This document shows positions 1-12,199 of a stretch of 64,000 nt of DNA, piece after piece. Positions within the stretch are counted from its first letter, which is position 1, and the number at the start of each line of letters is the position of its first letter. Origin of the DNA: Hypanus sabinus (Eukaryota); NCBI RefSeq assembly GCF_030144855.1, contig NC_082706.1:45260001-45324000 (forward strand), read 5' to 3'. A program made the position numbers and the translations under genes. The notes beneath the pieces were generated by a model that was not told where the DNA came from, ran no database searches, and worked only from the letters and a program-made list of their open reading frames with translations.

Positions 1-5
1 GCGGC

Positions 6-420
6 ATTATCAGGTGTTTCAAGTGCTGCAATGTCAGCTCGATCCAGCATCAAGTCGACGCCGCCCAGCGACAAGGGCGGTAAACCGACATCAAGTAAGC
101 CCACCCAGGCGTTATCAGTTGTTCCAAGTGCTGCAATGTCAGCTCGATCCGGGATCAAGTCGATGGCGCCCAGCGACAAGGGCAGTAGAGCGACATCAAG
201 TAAGTCCACCCAGGCAAGAGCCAAGGCAGAAGCCGCCAAGGTGCGACTGCGTTACGCCAGACAAGAAGCAGTTTTGAAAATGAAACAGGCCACCAGAGAA
301 GCCGAAATCCAGAAAGAAAAGGCTGCCAGAGAAGCCGAAATCCAGAAAGAAAGGGCCGCCAGAGAAGCCGAAACCCAGAAGGAATGGGCCACCAGAGAAG
401 CCGAAACCCAGTTGGAAATG
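6..420 (+). repeat. Internal gag repeats: 105-bp duplication (6-215) and 4 x 33-bp coding repeat (289-420)
   Basis: TTATCAG...CACCCAGGC occurs twice at 105-nt period; AGAGAAGCCGAAA at 295, 328, 361, 394 (AREAEIQKEKA). Confidence 0.9.
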
Positions 421-2817
421 GCAAAAATATCGACAGAGTTGCAAATGCTGCAGCTAGAAAGAGAAGAAGAAGCTGCCAAGGCGAAAGCAGAGTACATAGA
501 AGAAGCTGAAGAGACGCGTGATCTGACCGAAGTAAGATCTACTTTAGAAAGGACCAGACTGGAACGCACAAGCGACTATGTACAATCTCAAATAGACAGG
601 CAGGCTCGTCTCCCCTCTCCATACGTATTCGATAACTTCCCCAGCTACGAGGAACCCGGAGAGGCACGATTGCATCACATCCATACGAGGGAGAAAATTT
701 ACCCTCGCGACTCCGTGATGAAGTCAAGAATGAAAGAGCTGACAACCGATACTTCTCGACACCAAACTTACAAAGTTTGATGCGAAGAGATGCAGAGGTC
801 GAATCCAGGACGGCAAATTCCATGAGAAACGTACGCTCTCAGTCATATAGGTGCCAACGTACTTCTCCAGCCCGCATGCCGCTTACAGCCGATCCCACGA
901 TGCAGTATTTAGCACGACGGGATCTCGTCACTTCGGGACTGTACCAGTTTGACGATAAACCTGAAAATTACCGTGCATGGTACTCCACATTCACCAACAC
1001 GATCGACGGAGTCCAGCTCAGTGCAACCCAAAAGTTGGACCTTATGGCGAAATGGCTGGGGAAAGAATCACGCGACCAGGTGAGACGCATACGTTCAGTG
1101 TACATCAACAAACCCGAACTAGCCTTAAGCAAAGCGTGGGAGAGACTTCGGGAGGGCTATGGGGCCCCCGAAATTATTGAAGCGGCGCTATATCGACTTC
1201 TGGAAAACTTTCCTAAGGTGTCAGCCAAAGATCACATTGTTAAGAGAATTCGGAGATTTACTTATGGAGATCCAAGGCGCCAAAGAAGATGGCTACTCAG
1301 CTGGTCTAGTATACCTAGATACTCCATCCGGGATTAGACAAATCGTGGACAAACTTCCTTTTGGGCTGCAGGACAGGTAGCTGTCCGTTGCTTTAGATTA
1401 CAAGGAAGAGCACGATGATCGATTTCCTCCCTTTGAGCTCCTCACTAGGTTTGTGTGCAGGGAGGCGAAGAAGCGAAACGACCCTAGCCTCGCGGGTCCA
1501 GGAAGCAGTACGATTTACACCAAGCCAGGTAGATCCTCTTTGAATGTTTTCAACATTGAAAAACCCGTCTCAGTGCTCAAGACTGAAGCCCTTACAACTA
1601 ACAACGACCCTAGCAAGTATTGTCCATTGCATAACAAACCTCATCCCCTCAAAGGATGCAGAATGTTTAGGGAAAAACCCCTTGAAGAGAGGACGGCCCT
1701 TCTCAAGGAGAAAAGAATATGTTTTAGATGCTATTCCTCAACCTCTCACCTCGCCAGAGAGTGTACAATCGCCGTGAAGTGTCCGGAATGTGTTAGCCCA
1801 GATCACGTCGGGGCCATGCATCCCGACCTGTCACCGCAAACTGACAGCGCTCCTTCACCCCCACAACAGGACGGCGGGGAGGGAGAGGCTCACCCCAGGA
1901 CAACAGTTGTCAGCACGAACTGTACAGAAGTTTGCGGTCAAGCTCAGTCAAGCCGTTCTTGTTCCAAGATCTGCCTCACTAAGGTGTACCCTAAAGGAGC
2001 CAAAGACAAGGCCATCAAAGCCTATGTGATTCTGGACGATCAGAGCAATCGCTCACTTGTCAGTCCAGAGTTCTTTAAATTGTTCAACATTGAGAGTGAG
2101 CAGTTCCCATACTATCTCAAAACTTGCTCAGGCAACATGGAAACCCAAGGAAGGAAGGCAGAAGGCATCCAGATCGAGTCCCTGGATGGTAAAGTCGTCA
2201 TTTGTCTCCCTCCGCTCTTAGAGTGCAATGAAATCATGAATAACCGCACTGAGATCCTGACACCAAGTGCGGTGCTACACCAGCCACATCTCCACCACAT
2301 CGCCAAACACATCCCAGGACTGGATCCAAAAGCGGAAATACTCCTGCTATTAGGAAGAGATGTTATCCAGGTGCACAAGGTTAGGCAGCAGGTCAATGGA
2401 CCACTCGACGCCCCCTTCGCGCAACGTCTGGATCTGGGCTGGGTGGTGATAGGAGAGGTGTGTCTCGGTGACGTACACAAACCGACGGTTGACACACTCA
2501 AGACCAATGTGCTAGAGAGTGGCCGCCATTCGATTTTTCAACCCTGCACAAGTTCCATGTATATCAAGGAAGCACAACAAGGCGTTAACAAGCGCGAGGC
2601 AAGCGACGAGTCGCTGGGCCAGTCAGTCTTCGCTCAGACGAAGTATGACAATAAACTTGCTCCATCAGCTCAAGACGTCTTCTTCTTAATAATGATGGAC
2701 ACCAAAGTCTTCAGGGATGAAGCAAATAATTGGGTCGCCCCACTACCCTTCAGAGAACCACGCCAAATAACAAAGAGCAAGCGGTCAAGAGGTTCATGTC
2801 CTTACAAAAAACCCTGA
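31..2817 (+). pseudogene. BEL gag-protease region broken into 4 overlapping ORFs
   Basis: ORFs 31-780, 777-1337, 1159-1380 and 1453-2817 continue one another across frameshifts; TAG at 1378-1380. Confidence 0.85.
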
Positions 2818-5800
2818 ACCGGAAACCCGAGATGCAACAGCAATATATAGCATTTATGGGAAAGATCTTCGCTAACGGACATGCCGAAGTAGCACCACCA
2901 CTGCCGGAAGGCGGGGAGTGCTGGTACCTCCCAACATTTGGAGTTTACCATCCACAAAAACCCAATCAGATCAGGGTGGTCTTCGACTCCAGTGCCCAGT
3001 GTTCCGGCGTCTCCCGAAATGACACGCTTCTCACAGGCCCCGACCTTAACAATACCCTACTCGGGGTCCTGCTGCGCTTCCGGAAGGAGAAGGTCGCAAT
3101 CTTAGCGGACATCCAGCAGATGTTCCATTGCTTCTTAGTACAGGAGGACTATCGTGATTTCCTCCGTTTCTTATGGTATAAGGACAACGACATCAACAAG
3201 GAAGTTATCGAGTACCGGATGAAAGTCCACGTTTTCGGCAACAGTCCGTCACCTGCCGTGGCCATCTATGGGCTGCGAAGAGCCATCAGAGAGGGTGCAC
3301 AGGAGCACGGTGACGACACCGTTAAGTTTGTAGAAAGGCACTTCTACGTCGACGATGGTTTGATATCACTACGGACAGAAGATGAAGCAATCGATCTGCT
3401 CCGACGTACACAAGCCTCACTCGCGGAGTCAAACCTCCGCTTGCATAAGTTTGCATCAAACCGTCAGGCAGTAATGGAGGCCTTTCCACACGATGACTGT
3501 GCTCCAGCAATCAAAGACCTAGATTTAGATGGAGAAACCATACCTACACAAAGGAGCTTGGGTCTCCTCTGGGAGATAACGACCGACTCGTTCACATTCT
3601 CTGTGCCGATCGTGATCAAACCATTTACTCGCCTTGGAGTCCTCTCCACTGTCAACAGTATTTTCGATCCTTTGGGTCTACTGGCACCAGTTACGATTCA
3701 AGGAAGAGCCCTTCTCAGAGAACTTACGTCTGAGTCCTCTGACTGGGATACTCCTCTGCCTGAAGACAAGCTAAGCAAGTGGGAGGCTTGGAGAGATTCA
3801 CTCCCGGATTTAAAACAGCTTCATATCCAACGCAGGTACACTGTGACCTCACCCACCGAGACAAGGCACACAGAATTGTGTGTTTTTTCGGATGCGTCCA
3901 CCAAGGCCATCGGCGCTGTGGCTTACTTGAAAGTAGTCGGAGAGGACGGCCAAGTCGAAGTGGGATACGTAACGGATAAGGCGAAGCTCACTCCTCCGTC
4001 GGAGCCGACGATTCCAAGGCTTGAACTGTGCGCAGCCGTCCTGGCCGTGGAAATGGCAGACCTTATCCAGGACGAGCTGGACCTAGAGTTCGACGATATC
4101 AAGTTCTACACAGACAGTAAAGTCGTGCTTGGTTATATTTACAACGAATCAAAACGCTTCTACGTGTACGTTCATAATAGAGTTCAACGCATCCGCCTGT
4201 CATCTAAACCCGAACAATGGCATTATGTACGTACCGAGGATAACCCTGCAGACCATGCATCAAGATCCTTACCTGCATCCCGTCTGGCTCAGACAACCTG
4301 GTTTACCGGACCCCCCTTTCTGCATCAGCCACCATCGGAAAGGACTCAAATGAACGAGATATTTGAACTGATCGAACCCGAGAGAGACTCGGAAATTCGG
4401 CCGCAAATACAAACAGGAGCCACCTACCTCGAAGAATCGATACGTACCAACGAACGCTTTCGGCGGTTCTCCACTTTGAACTCTTTAGTGAGAGGACTTG
4501 CGTTCCTCATTCATATGGCCAGATCACACAAACATTCATCCCGAAACAGTAAATGTAGGGGATGGCACAAATGTACTTTGCCTCGCACCGCGGACGAATT
4601 AGCCCAGGCAAAGGACGTCATCTTCAAAGCAACGCAAAGAGCGGCTTTCGCAAGGGAGTTTTCAGCTCTCCAAGTCAACAAACCAATACCAAAGGACAGC
4701 CCTTTGAGGAAATTCAGCCCGATCCTGAAGAACAATATCATCTGCATTGGAGGCCGGTTAATACACTGCCAACTTCCGGCCGCAGAAAAGAGTCCAGTAC
4801 TCCTGCCCAAAGGCAGCCATGTATCCTTACAGCTCGCCCGCCATTATCATGAACAGGTAAAGCACCAGGGCCGTCACCTTACCGAAGGAGCAATAAGAGC
4901 AGCGAGACTGTGGATCTTGGGAGGTAAAACACTGATCAATTCGGTACTTCATAAATGTGTAACCTGCAGGAAACTACGAGGCAGATTAGAAGTTCAACGC
5001 ATGGCGGACCTCCCACCTGAGCGCCTTGAAGCCTGCCCTCCCTTTACATATGTGGGACTCGACGTATTCGGCCCCTGGTCTATCACTACGAGACGCACCA
5101 GAGGAGGTCAAGCAGAGAGCAAGCGGTGGGCCATCATGTTTAGCTGCATGAGTTCAAGAGCGGTACACATTGAGGTCATCGAATCTTTGGATACATCCAG
5201 CTGCATCAACGCTCTCAGGCGGTTCTTTGCGATAAGAGGCCCTGCAAAACAGTTAAGATCTGATTGCGGCACGAACTTTGTAGGAGCATCAAAGGAGCTG
5301 GGGATGGACAAAGCAGTGCAAAGGTACCTCAGTCAACAGGGATGCAACTGGGAGTTCAACACACCACACGCCTCCCACATGGGAGGCGCATGGGAGCGGA
5401 TGATTGGGATCGCCAGAAGAATTCTGGATTCAATGTTTCTGCAGCAACGCACCCGATTGACCCACGAGGTACTGTGCACCCTAATGGCAGAGGTCACAGC
5501 CATTATAAACGCACGACCACTCCTGCCTGTGTCCTCTGACCCAGAAAACCCCTTCATACTTTCGCCATCAATGCTCCTTGCACAGAAGGCAGGAGCACCT
5601 CCTCCACCAGGAGACTTCTCAGACATGGATTTGTACAAAAAGCAATGGAGACAAGTCCAGGCTCTGGCAAATCAGTTCTGGTCTCGCTGGAGACAGGAAT
5701 ATCTACCTTTGTTGCAACAGAGACAAAAGTGGACAGAACCCCGCAGGAATCTTCAAGTTGGAGACTTAGTCCTGCTCAGGGACAAGCAAATCGCCCGCAA

Positions 5801-5948
5801 CAGCTTGCCAATGGCCAGAATCACTGCTACATTCCCTAGCGGGGATGGACATGTCAGGAAGATCGAAATGAAGACTACCGACCAAGGCGATGTGAAAATT
5901 TACCAAAGGCCAGTTACAGAAGTTATTCTACTTCTACCTAATGACTGA
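2730..5948 (+). CDS. BEL pol: RT, RNase H, integrase (1072-aa open frame, joined to the upstream ORF by a frameshift)
   Basis: FYVDD at ~3342-3356; CVFSDAS/RLEL/TDSKVV/DNPAD; HHCC finger; GLDVFGP, SDCGTNF, GAWERMI. Confidence 0.93.
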   Translation: MGRPTTLQRTTPNNKEQAVKRFMSLQKTLNRKPEMQQQYIAFMGKIFANGHAEVAPPLPEGGECWYLPTFGVYHPQKPNQIRVVFDSSAQCSGVSRNDTLLTGPDLNNTLLGVLLRFRKEKVAILADIQQMFHCFLVQEDYRDFLRFLWYKDNDINKEVIEYRMKVHVFGNSPSPAVAIYGLRRAIREGAQEHGDDTVKFVERHFYVDDGLISLRTEDEAIDLLRRTQASLAESNLRLHKFASNRQAVMEAFPHDDCAPAIKDLDLDGETIPTQRSLGLLWEITTDSFTFSVPIVIKPFTRLGVLSTVNSIFDPLGLLAPVTIQGRALLRELTSESSDWDTPLPEDKLSKWEAWRDSLPDLKQLHIQRRYTVTSPTETRHTELCVFSDASTKAIGAVAYLKVVGEDGQVEVGYVTDKAKLTPPSEPTIPRLELCAAVLAVEMADLIQDELDLEFDDIKFYTDSKVVLGYIYNESKRFYVYVHNRVQRIRLSSKPEQWHYVRTEDNPADHASRSLPASRLAQTTWFTGPPFLHQPPSERTQMNEIFELIEPERDSEIRPQIQTGATYLEESIRTNERFRRFSTLNSLVRGLAFLIHMARSHKHSSRNSKCRGWHKCTLPRTADELAQAKDVIFKATQRAAFAREFSALQVNKPIPKDSPLRKFSPILKNNIICIGGRLIHCQLPAAEKSPVLLPKGSHVSLQLARHYHEQVKHQGRHLTEGAIRAARLWILGGKTLINSVLHKCVTCRKLRGRLEVQRMADLPPERLEACPPFTYVGLDVFGPWSITTRRTRGGQAESKRWAIMFSCMSSRAVHIEVIESLDTSSCINALRRFFAIRGPAKQLRSDCGTNFVGASKELGMDKAVQRYLSQQGCNWEFNTPHASHMGGAWERMIGIARRILDSMFLQQRTRLTHEVLCTLMAEVTAIINARPLLPVSSDPENPFILSPSMLLAQKAGAPPPPGDFSDMDLYKKQWRQVQALANQFWSRWRQEYLPLLQQRQKWTEPRRNLQVGDLVLLRDKQIARNSLPMARITATFPSGDGHVRKIEMKTTDQGDVKIYQRPVTEVILLLPND

Positions 5949-6006
5949 TTAAGAGACTAAGTTTTGTACTCTGTTCATTATGACCTTACGAAGGTCAAGC
6001 GGGGAG

Positions 6007-6680
6007 TGTGCTGTCTTTACGACAGTTATTTAGTTTATAATATTTTCGCTTAGTAATTCATTCGATTGTATTTTCTAGTTAGAATTAGAAGTGTTTAAAG
6101 TATACTCATTGCATGTAAAATATATCGGCATGCGATGATGTCACATCCGGTTTCGCCGCGTCTTGTGGGAAAGTACCGGTTTGAAATTAACGCAAGGGTG
6201 GGGGCTCACCACGAGGCACACCTGAGCAGAAGTTGTTTTGCAGGCATTAGAAATCACAGTGAGAGCAACGCTGTAAGTTAATAGATAATCGATATATTGA
6301 ACTAAGATGTTAATGCCGATCCTGTTAAAAGTAACGACGGTCGATAATGTTTATGTTTTCGTTAGTTAAAGAGTTGCGGATAGTTTGCATTGAAGTGTAT
6401 TTAAAGTAGTCAATGGAGCAGGTAAACTCTGCCTGTATACTGCACCTTAGTGTAATGTAGTTATAGTCACCCTTGCAAGTATTTACAATTGAAATGTGAT
6501 ATTAAGGAAGGAACAAATACTGTATCAATCTTGTATTGTTTTATCAACAGTTTTCACCATATGTTAATGTGAAGAGTGAACAGTAAATGGTTAATCTTAC
6601 TGCGATCTGGTTTCATTGACTGTGGTTTATCTCGACGTTGAATTCGGCGTTATTAGTTACACCCGAAGGAGAACGTTACA
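6007..6680 (+). repeat. BEL 3' LTR (~674 bp)
   Basis: Follows purine tract AAGCGGGGAG (5997-6006); begins TGT and ends ACA; sequence character changes after 6680. End is inferred because there is no 5' LTR for comparison. Confidence 0.7.
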
Positions 6681-6684
6681 GGTG

Positions 6685-7120
6685 TCATACTAAATATCAT
6701 AATGGTGAGCCAGCTTACCGTATACCATAAATATTGCGACCACACTGCATGAAGTACCATAAAGATTGGGAAGTAACCTCACAAAATTTGCTCTAAACAC
6801 ACAGTAATACACCACGAATATTGCAACGAGCCACACCGTGTCCTCTCACTGAATTCTGCAAATACTGTGGACACAGAGCACTGTTCGTCGTAAATATCAT
6901 AATTGAAGAGCAGGAAATAGCGAAAACACTGATGATGTCACACCAAACGCTACAAATATTATGAACCGGGTCCTATAAACATTGTGAAAATGGTGCCGTT
7001 CACAAGTTAGGGTGGCTACCGTAAATATCAGGGACACGGGGCAACAAAAGCCGTAAATATTGACCGAGTCAATCGCAGTGCTACTGTCACGTGAGCGCCA
7101 ATACCGTAAACGTTATAAAC
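6685..7120. repeat. Degenerate 23/32-bp minisatellite, cluster 1
   Basis: TACCGTAAATATT-like cores recur, most often at 32 or 23 nt spacing. Confidence 0.7.
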
Positions 7121-7164
7121 AGCCCGCGCTAAAGATGATCACTATTGGGACAGTGAAATTGTAC

Positions 7165-7640
7165 CGTGGTTAGACCGGAAAGAGTACAGGGAAGATTATC
7201 GAGACATTGCCGGGACTGGAGCGGCTGTGTTACAGGGGGAGGTTGGACAGGCTGGGTTTTCATTCCTTGGAACGGAGGAGATGGAGGGCGAATTTATAGA
7301 AGTGATGATAGGCATCGATAAGGTGGGCGGTAACTGGATAGGACGATCGAAAGCTAAAGGGCACGGGTTTAGAGTAAGAGAGGAAACATTTAAAGGGGAA
7401 CTGAGGGACAAATTCTTCACACACATGACGGTGAGTAACTGGAACGAGCTGCCAGAGGAAGTGGTTGAGGCAAGAACATTAGTATCATTTTCGTAGCGCT
7501 TGGATCGATATGTAGAGGTGCAGGGGTTGAGGAATATGCGCCGAATGGAGGAAACCGTGATTAGCTGGTGGCACTGTGGTCGGCATGTATTGGTGGGACC
7601 GAAGGTCCTATAGCCGGGCTGTATCGCTGTGACTCCTCGC
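7165..7640 (+). mobile_element. Diverged CR1 LINE 3' fragment
   Basis: ORF2 C-terminal remnant (FRVREETFKGELRDKFFT..WNELPEEVVEA) plus tail ending GGGACCGAAGGTCCT...GCTGTA. Confidence 0.75.
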
Positions 7641-7759
7641 TGACCCTGGTCAATCCTATCTCTCTTTTAACACCGCTATACAACCCCACCTTTCGTTTCA
7701 GATTCCTGCTTTTTAACCCCCACTGATGTCTGGCTGGTGGCTCAGTAGTTCACTGTTGT

Positions 7760-8280
7760 TCAGCAAAGGAACAGGCCCTTCGGCCCATCATGTTAGTGCC
7801 GACCATGACACCAATCGACCAATTCCCGTGCATGGTGCGTATCGCTGCACTCCCTGTCTGCTCACACGTCTCCCTGAAGGTTTCTTCACTGTTGCCATCA
7901 CATCTGCCCCCTCACAACCCCTGGCAGCTTTTCCCAGACACCAACCCTTCCGCGGGAAAAAAAGCTTGCCAGCGACTCCTTCAAAGTCCTCTCTCACTTT
8001 AAAACTATGCCTTCTCGTATTTGACTTCTCTACCCTGTCGAGGAAGACACTGTCTGCCTACTGCCTTCTGTGCCGTTAAAAGTATCATGAAAAGTTCCAA
8101 TAATACCTCCCCTCAGCCTCCGCTACTCCAGAGAAAACAACCTCATCCCCTCCAGTCCAGGCAGCATCCTGATGAACATCTTCTGCACCCTCTTCAAATC
8201 TTTCCGATACTGGGCGAGCAGGAATGAACACAATATTCCAAGTGCGGCTTGACCAGTTTTAAACAGCTGCGACATAACTC
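7760..8280 (-). mobile_element. Diverged CR1 LINE 3' fragment
   Basis: Reverse-complement CR1 ORF2 end and tail (AACAGGCCCTTCGGCCCA). Confidence 0.75.
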
Positions 8281-8285
8281 CCCGA

Positions 8286-8440
8286 TGTTGTTCCTTTTCG
8301 TGCCTAGCGGCGCATCGGGCGGCATTTCCCCCCGTTTCTGTAGCGTTTGACTGGTGTTTCAAGCCAGCCCAGTACGGATAGAAAGCTACAAAGTACCGGC
8401 CGGACTCGAACTCGGGACCATCCGCATCTGATGCCACCAC
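8286..8440 (-). mobile_element. tRNA-derived SINE fragment
   Basis: Minus strand has B-box-like CCCGAGTTCGAGTCC; homologous segment at ~38750-38815. Confidence 0.6.
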
Positions 8441-8444
8441 AACA

Positions 8445-8650
8445 CCGGCCGGTTTGTCGTCCACAATATTAACGGCATTGGGTACCGTAAATGTTTTGGA
8501 ATACAGTTCCGGTATCGTAAATTGTCGGCCGGTCGGGCACAGAAATATCATGAAACACACTGCATTGAGTACCGTAAATATTGTGGATGCAGCTCTGAGT
8601 GACGGAAGTATTTGGAACACTCAGCACTGAGTACCATAAATATTAGAAAC
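8445..8650. repeat. Degenerate 32-bp minisatellite, cluster 2
   Basis: ACACACTGCATTGAGTACCGTAAATATTGTGG and ACACTCAGCACTGAGTACCATAAATATTAGAA match cluster 1 units. Confidence 0.75.
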
Positions 8651-8753
8651 ATACAACGTCAAGATGTAATTATTCTTTTTAGCTCTCTCAAGGGGCTGCT
8701 CCTCAGGTCCTGGCTGCACACCGGCCCCAGGCTCCTCATCTCCGGTCCCCCGG

Positions 8754-9010
8754 TGTCACCAGGTGCGGATAACGGCCCAAGTGCGGAGCGAGAGACACTG
8801 AAACAGGTCGATAGTTCACAGACTTTAATGCGAACAGTGTTAAAGGAAAAAGAAAACAATAAACGCCAGACCAAACAGGACCGTTAACTAAAACTCTCAA
8901 AAGGAAAACGAAGCCTACACTGCAGCTGGAAAGAGCAACTATGAATAAAACGAATACCTCTCGTCTTCAGAGCCAGTTGACCCGACAGTCCAATTTCTCA
9001 GGCAAGGTTG
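8754..9010 (-). repeat. Probable truncated LTR
   Basis: Minus strand has ATTAAA ~70 nt before a terminal TGACA at 8754; LTR-like composition. Confidence 0.4.
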
Positions 9011-9023
9011 AATGTAAGAGGCA

Positions 9024-9172
9024 TTTTGGGCCAAGACCCTTCATCGGAGTCTCAGCTCGAAACCTCGACTGTTTACTCTTTTCCATCGATGCTGCCTGTC
9101 CTACTGAGTTCCTCCAGCAATCGTGTGCATTACTTTGATTACCAGCATCTGCAGATTTTTCTCCTGAATAAG
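9024..9172 (+). mobile_element. Penelope-type short repeat with inverted 5' piece
   Basis: CGAAACCTCGACTG...ATGCTGCC...CTGAGTTCCTCCAGCA...CCAGCATCTGCAG, preceded by an inverted AAGGGTCTTGGCCC. Confidence 0.65.
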
Positions 9173-9174
9173 AA

Positions 9175-10070
9175 GTTGGTGTTCTGGCACCACTCAGCCC
9201 GATTTTCAATCTCACTTCTATATGCTGATCCATCACCACCTTTGACAGTGGTGTCATCAGTAAACCTGAATATGACATTGGAGCTGTGCTTAGCAACACA
9301 TTAAAGTGAGTAGAGAATGGGCTAACCACACAGCCTTGTGGTACACCTGTGCCGATGGAGTTTGTGAAGGAGATGTTGTTGCCAGTCCAAACGGACTGAG
9401 GTCCAAATGAGAAATAGTGGACCCAATTGCACAAGGACGTATTGAGGCCAACGTCTTGGAGTTCATTGATTAGTTTTGAGGGGATGCTGCACTGAATGCT
9501 GAGCTGTGTCGATAAAGAGCATCCTGATGTTTGCATCTCTGCTGTCCAGATGTTCCAGAGCTGAGTGAAGAGCCAATGAGATGGCATCTGTTGTGGACCT
9601 GTTGCTCCAGTAGACAATTTGGAGCAGATCCAACTTGTTTCTCAGGCAGGAGTTGATATGTTTCATCACCATCCTCTCAAAGCACCACATCACTGTAATG
9701 TACATGCTGGTGGACAATAGTCCCTGAGGCAGGTTTGCTGATTCTTCTGAAGCACCGGTATAATTGAAGCCTGTCGAAGCAGGTGGTACCTCAGGCTGCT
9801 GAAGTGAGAGGTTAAAGATCTCAGTTGGTCAGCACAGGTCATTAGTCTTGTGTGTTGAGACCTTGGTGCTACAGGTTATATGCTGATGGAAACTGAGCAA
9901 GGTTTTCTTCAAACAAGCTTGGTTGAAGTCCCTGTCTATGATTTGAAATGCATTGGAATGGACTATTTCTTGTTTGGAGATGGCATCATGTAAACTCTCA
10001 GGCACTTGATTATAGTTACTGCTAGTAGCATGTAAACTGTGGTCAGGATTATGGAGGAGAAATCCTTTCA
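9175..10070 (-). mobile_element. Rex1/Babar LINE fragment (APE remnant plus RT)
   Basis: CFERMVMKHI..LDLLQ..NRSTTDAISLALH..HLD..RMLFID; TGVPQGCVVSP; ISKQE..DFNQA. Confidence 0.85.
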
Positions 10071-10209
10071 TAAATAGAACAGGTAGGGATAACCTCAAAG
10101 GGACAACTACAATCACTTGCCCATCGATTCAGATGTTCCCACAACCAATGATCTCACTTGAAGTTTGGAGGAAAATCAGTTGGATAAAACTACTACATCG
10201 GAGCACTAC

Positions 10210-11290
10210 CAGGAGTTTATCATGAAACACACACGATCACATTTTGCCTTTCCCAATTCAGTAGTTTGGGCCATACCATAAATTGAGATTTTTATCACAT
10301 TCATACACTTAACTTTGCAGCAGCATCTGTACCTGCACTGTAGCAGAAAGCGATGGACCACGTGCTGCAAGTCTGCCTGGGTACTCAGTGTCACCTGGAT
10401 GATCACTGTCACCAGTCAGGATGACAAGGAGCATCTCCAAACTCTCAAGACAGTGTTAAATAATGAGGATTATAGGCTCACGACATGATGCAACAAGTTT
10501 TTTAAATCAAGCATTTGGGGTGTAAAAATCTTCAACCAGTTCTTGTATGGCAGAGATTTTAACCTCATTACTGATCCCCAACCACAAGTGTCCATCTTCA
10601 ATACACAGAAGGGTGTTCCAGTAACAGCAGAGCAGCAAACACAGAGATGGGCTCTGTTTCATGAAGGACACAGTTACATGATTGAATTCAAGAGGATGAC
10701 TAATCATTGAAATGCTGATGGATTGTCCTGTTTACCCTTAAAACACATAGCTGAGAAATTTAAAAAAGAAAACACTCCTCTTGATATAACACAAATCAAA
10801 TGTCTCCCTTTTACGCCAGAGATGATCAAAGAGAAATCAGAAAATCCCCCATGCTGTCTCAAGTCTACCAGGCCACCCAAGATAGCTGGAATGTGCAGCA
10901 GAAATCCCAAATCACCCACTTTTTACTTGCACTGGGATGATTTTGCTCTTGACAGAGGTTGCCTTATGTGTGGATTGAGGGTTCCTGCACCTTCCTGGTT
11001 AAGAGCCAAAGTGTTAGAGGAGCTTCTCAACCAGGATGCTGCTCATCTCAATGAGGTGAAACTGAAAGCATTGACTTGAAGCTTTGTCTGGAGGCCTGGG
11101 ATAGATCAACAGATCGAGCAGTTTGTTATGCATTGTTCGCGATGCCGACATGTCCAGAAGAATGGAGTCCAGAGCTGTCCGAACCACTTCCTGCGGCACC
11201 AGAGTCAACTCTTACAACCACCAGGGAGGAGGAACCAGAACTTGAGATTGTTTCACAGCCACAAGTTTCTCCTACCAACCAGAGTGACCC
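10210..11290 (+). mobile_element. Degraded Gypsy pol fragment
   Basis: NADGLSCLPL (RNase H end), KVLEELL..AHLNEVKLKAL (integrase Zn-finger region), RT remnants. Confidence 0.7.
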
Positions 11291-12199
11291 TCTCTCCCCC
11301 CATCACCGTTACAAGTACAGTGGCTGATTGACTTCATACTGTGCTGTAGATTTTCTGATTCTCTGCCCTTGAATTCTACATTTTGCATCACACAAACGGT
11401 CCAACTCAGTTAATCCTCCCTCACATGGAAAGCAGATGCTAATAACATTTTCAATATTCAACAGTAAAGTGAATGAACAGGCCCATTGACGCACTGAATC
11501 TGTGCTGAAATGTTCCTCTTTCTCTCCTCTTCCATTCTCATTCTGGTTACCCTCTTACCCTTTCTATTCTCTTTGCCAGCCCATCACTTTCTTCTGGTTC
11601 CCCTGCTCTTTCCTTTTCTTCTCTAGTCCATTGGCCTCTCCTATTAGATTCCTTCTTCAGTCCATACCTCTTCCACCTATCCCCTCCCTGCTCCTTACTT
11701 ACACCATAAGACATAGGAGCAGAATTAGACTATTCAGCCCATTGAATCTACTCTGCCATTCCATCATGGCTGACTCCAACTCTTTCCCAGCCACTGGGGT
11801 TAGGCGAATTGGCCTTTAATTTCCTTTCATTTGGGTCACAGGATGTTTCAGTTCTGGTTTGTTCTGGTGCCAGCACGCTGTTGATCATCGTGCAGGTTTA
11901 GGATTGATTACATGATTCAGCTGGGATGTCTGGAGAGCACACACCTGTCTCTCAGAGATGGGGTTTAGGGTTCAAGGCCCTCCTGCCCTGTGTCAAGAAT
12001 AAAAAGCAAGACAGACACTAACAGGGCTGTATTTAAGCTCTTTCTGTGTGATGTGGCTTTGCTGAGGGATTGCCACACTGTTGAACACATTGCCGCATCA
12101 CAGCCATTCTGAGTCAATTCATAAATGGTATTGTGGAATATGACACAGAAGGGTCTACCAGGCTCGTGTTATTATAATAGGGAAAGTCTTTTGTTTTTT

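Larger units (their letters stand above)
1..6680 (+). mobile_element. BEL/Pao LTR retrotransposon (5' LTR outside window)
   Basis: gag-like coiled coil, Cys/His box (CPLHNKPHPLKGC, CFRCYSSTSHLAREC), protease (VILDDQSNRS), RT, Pao-type RNase H, integrase in BEL order, then purine tract and LTR. Confidence 0.95.

Noticed and set aside
155-569. Antisense ORFs over BEL gag (and over other TEs)
   Set aside because: Shadows of repetitive or codon-biased sense frames
6685-7120. CRISPR-like repeat-spacer array
   Set aside because: Cores are short and degenerate, the 'spacers' share unit homology, there are no cas genes and the context is vertebrate
8286-8440. tRNA gene
   Set aside because: Only a B-box-like segment attached to a SINE body; no cloverleaf
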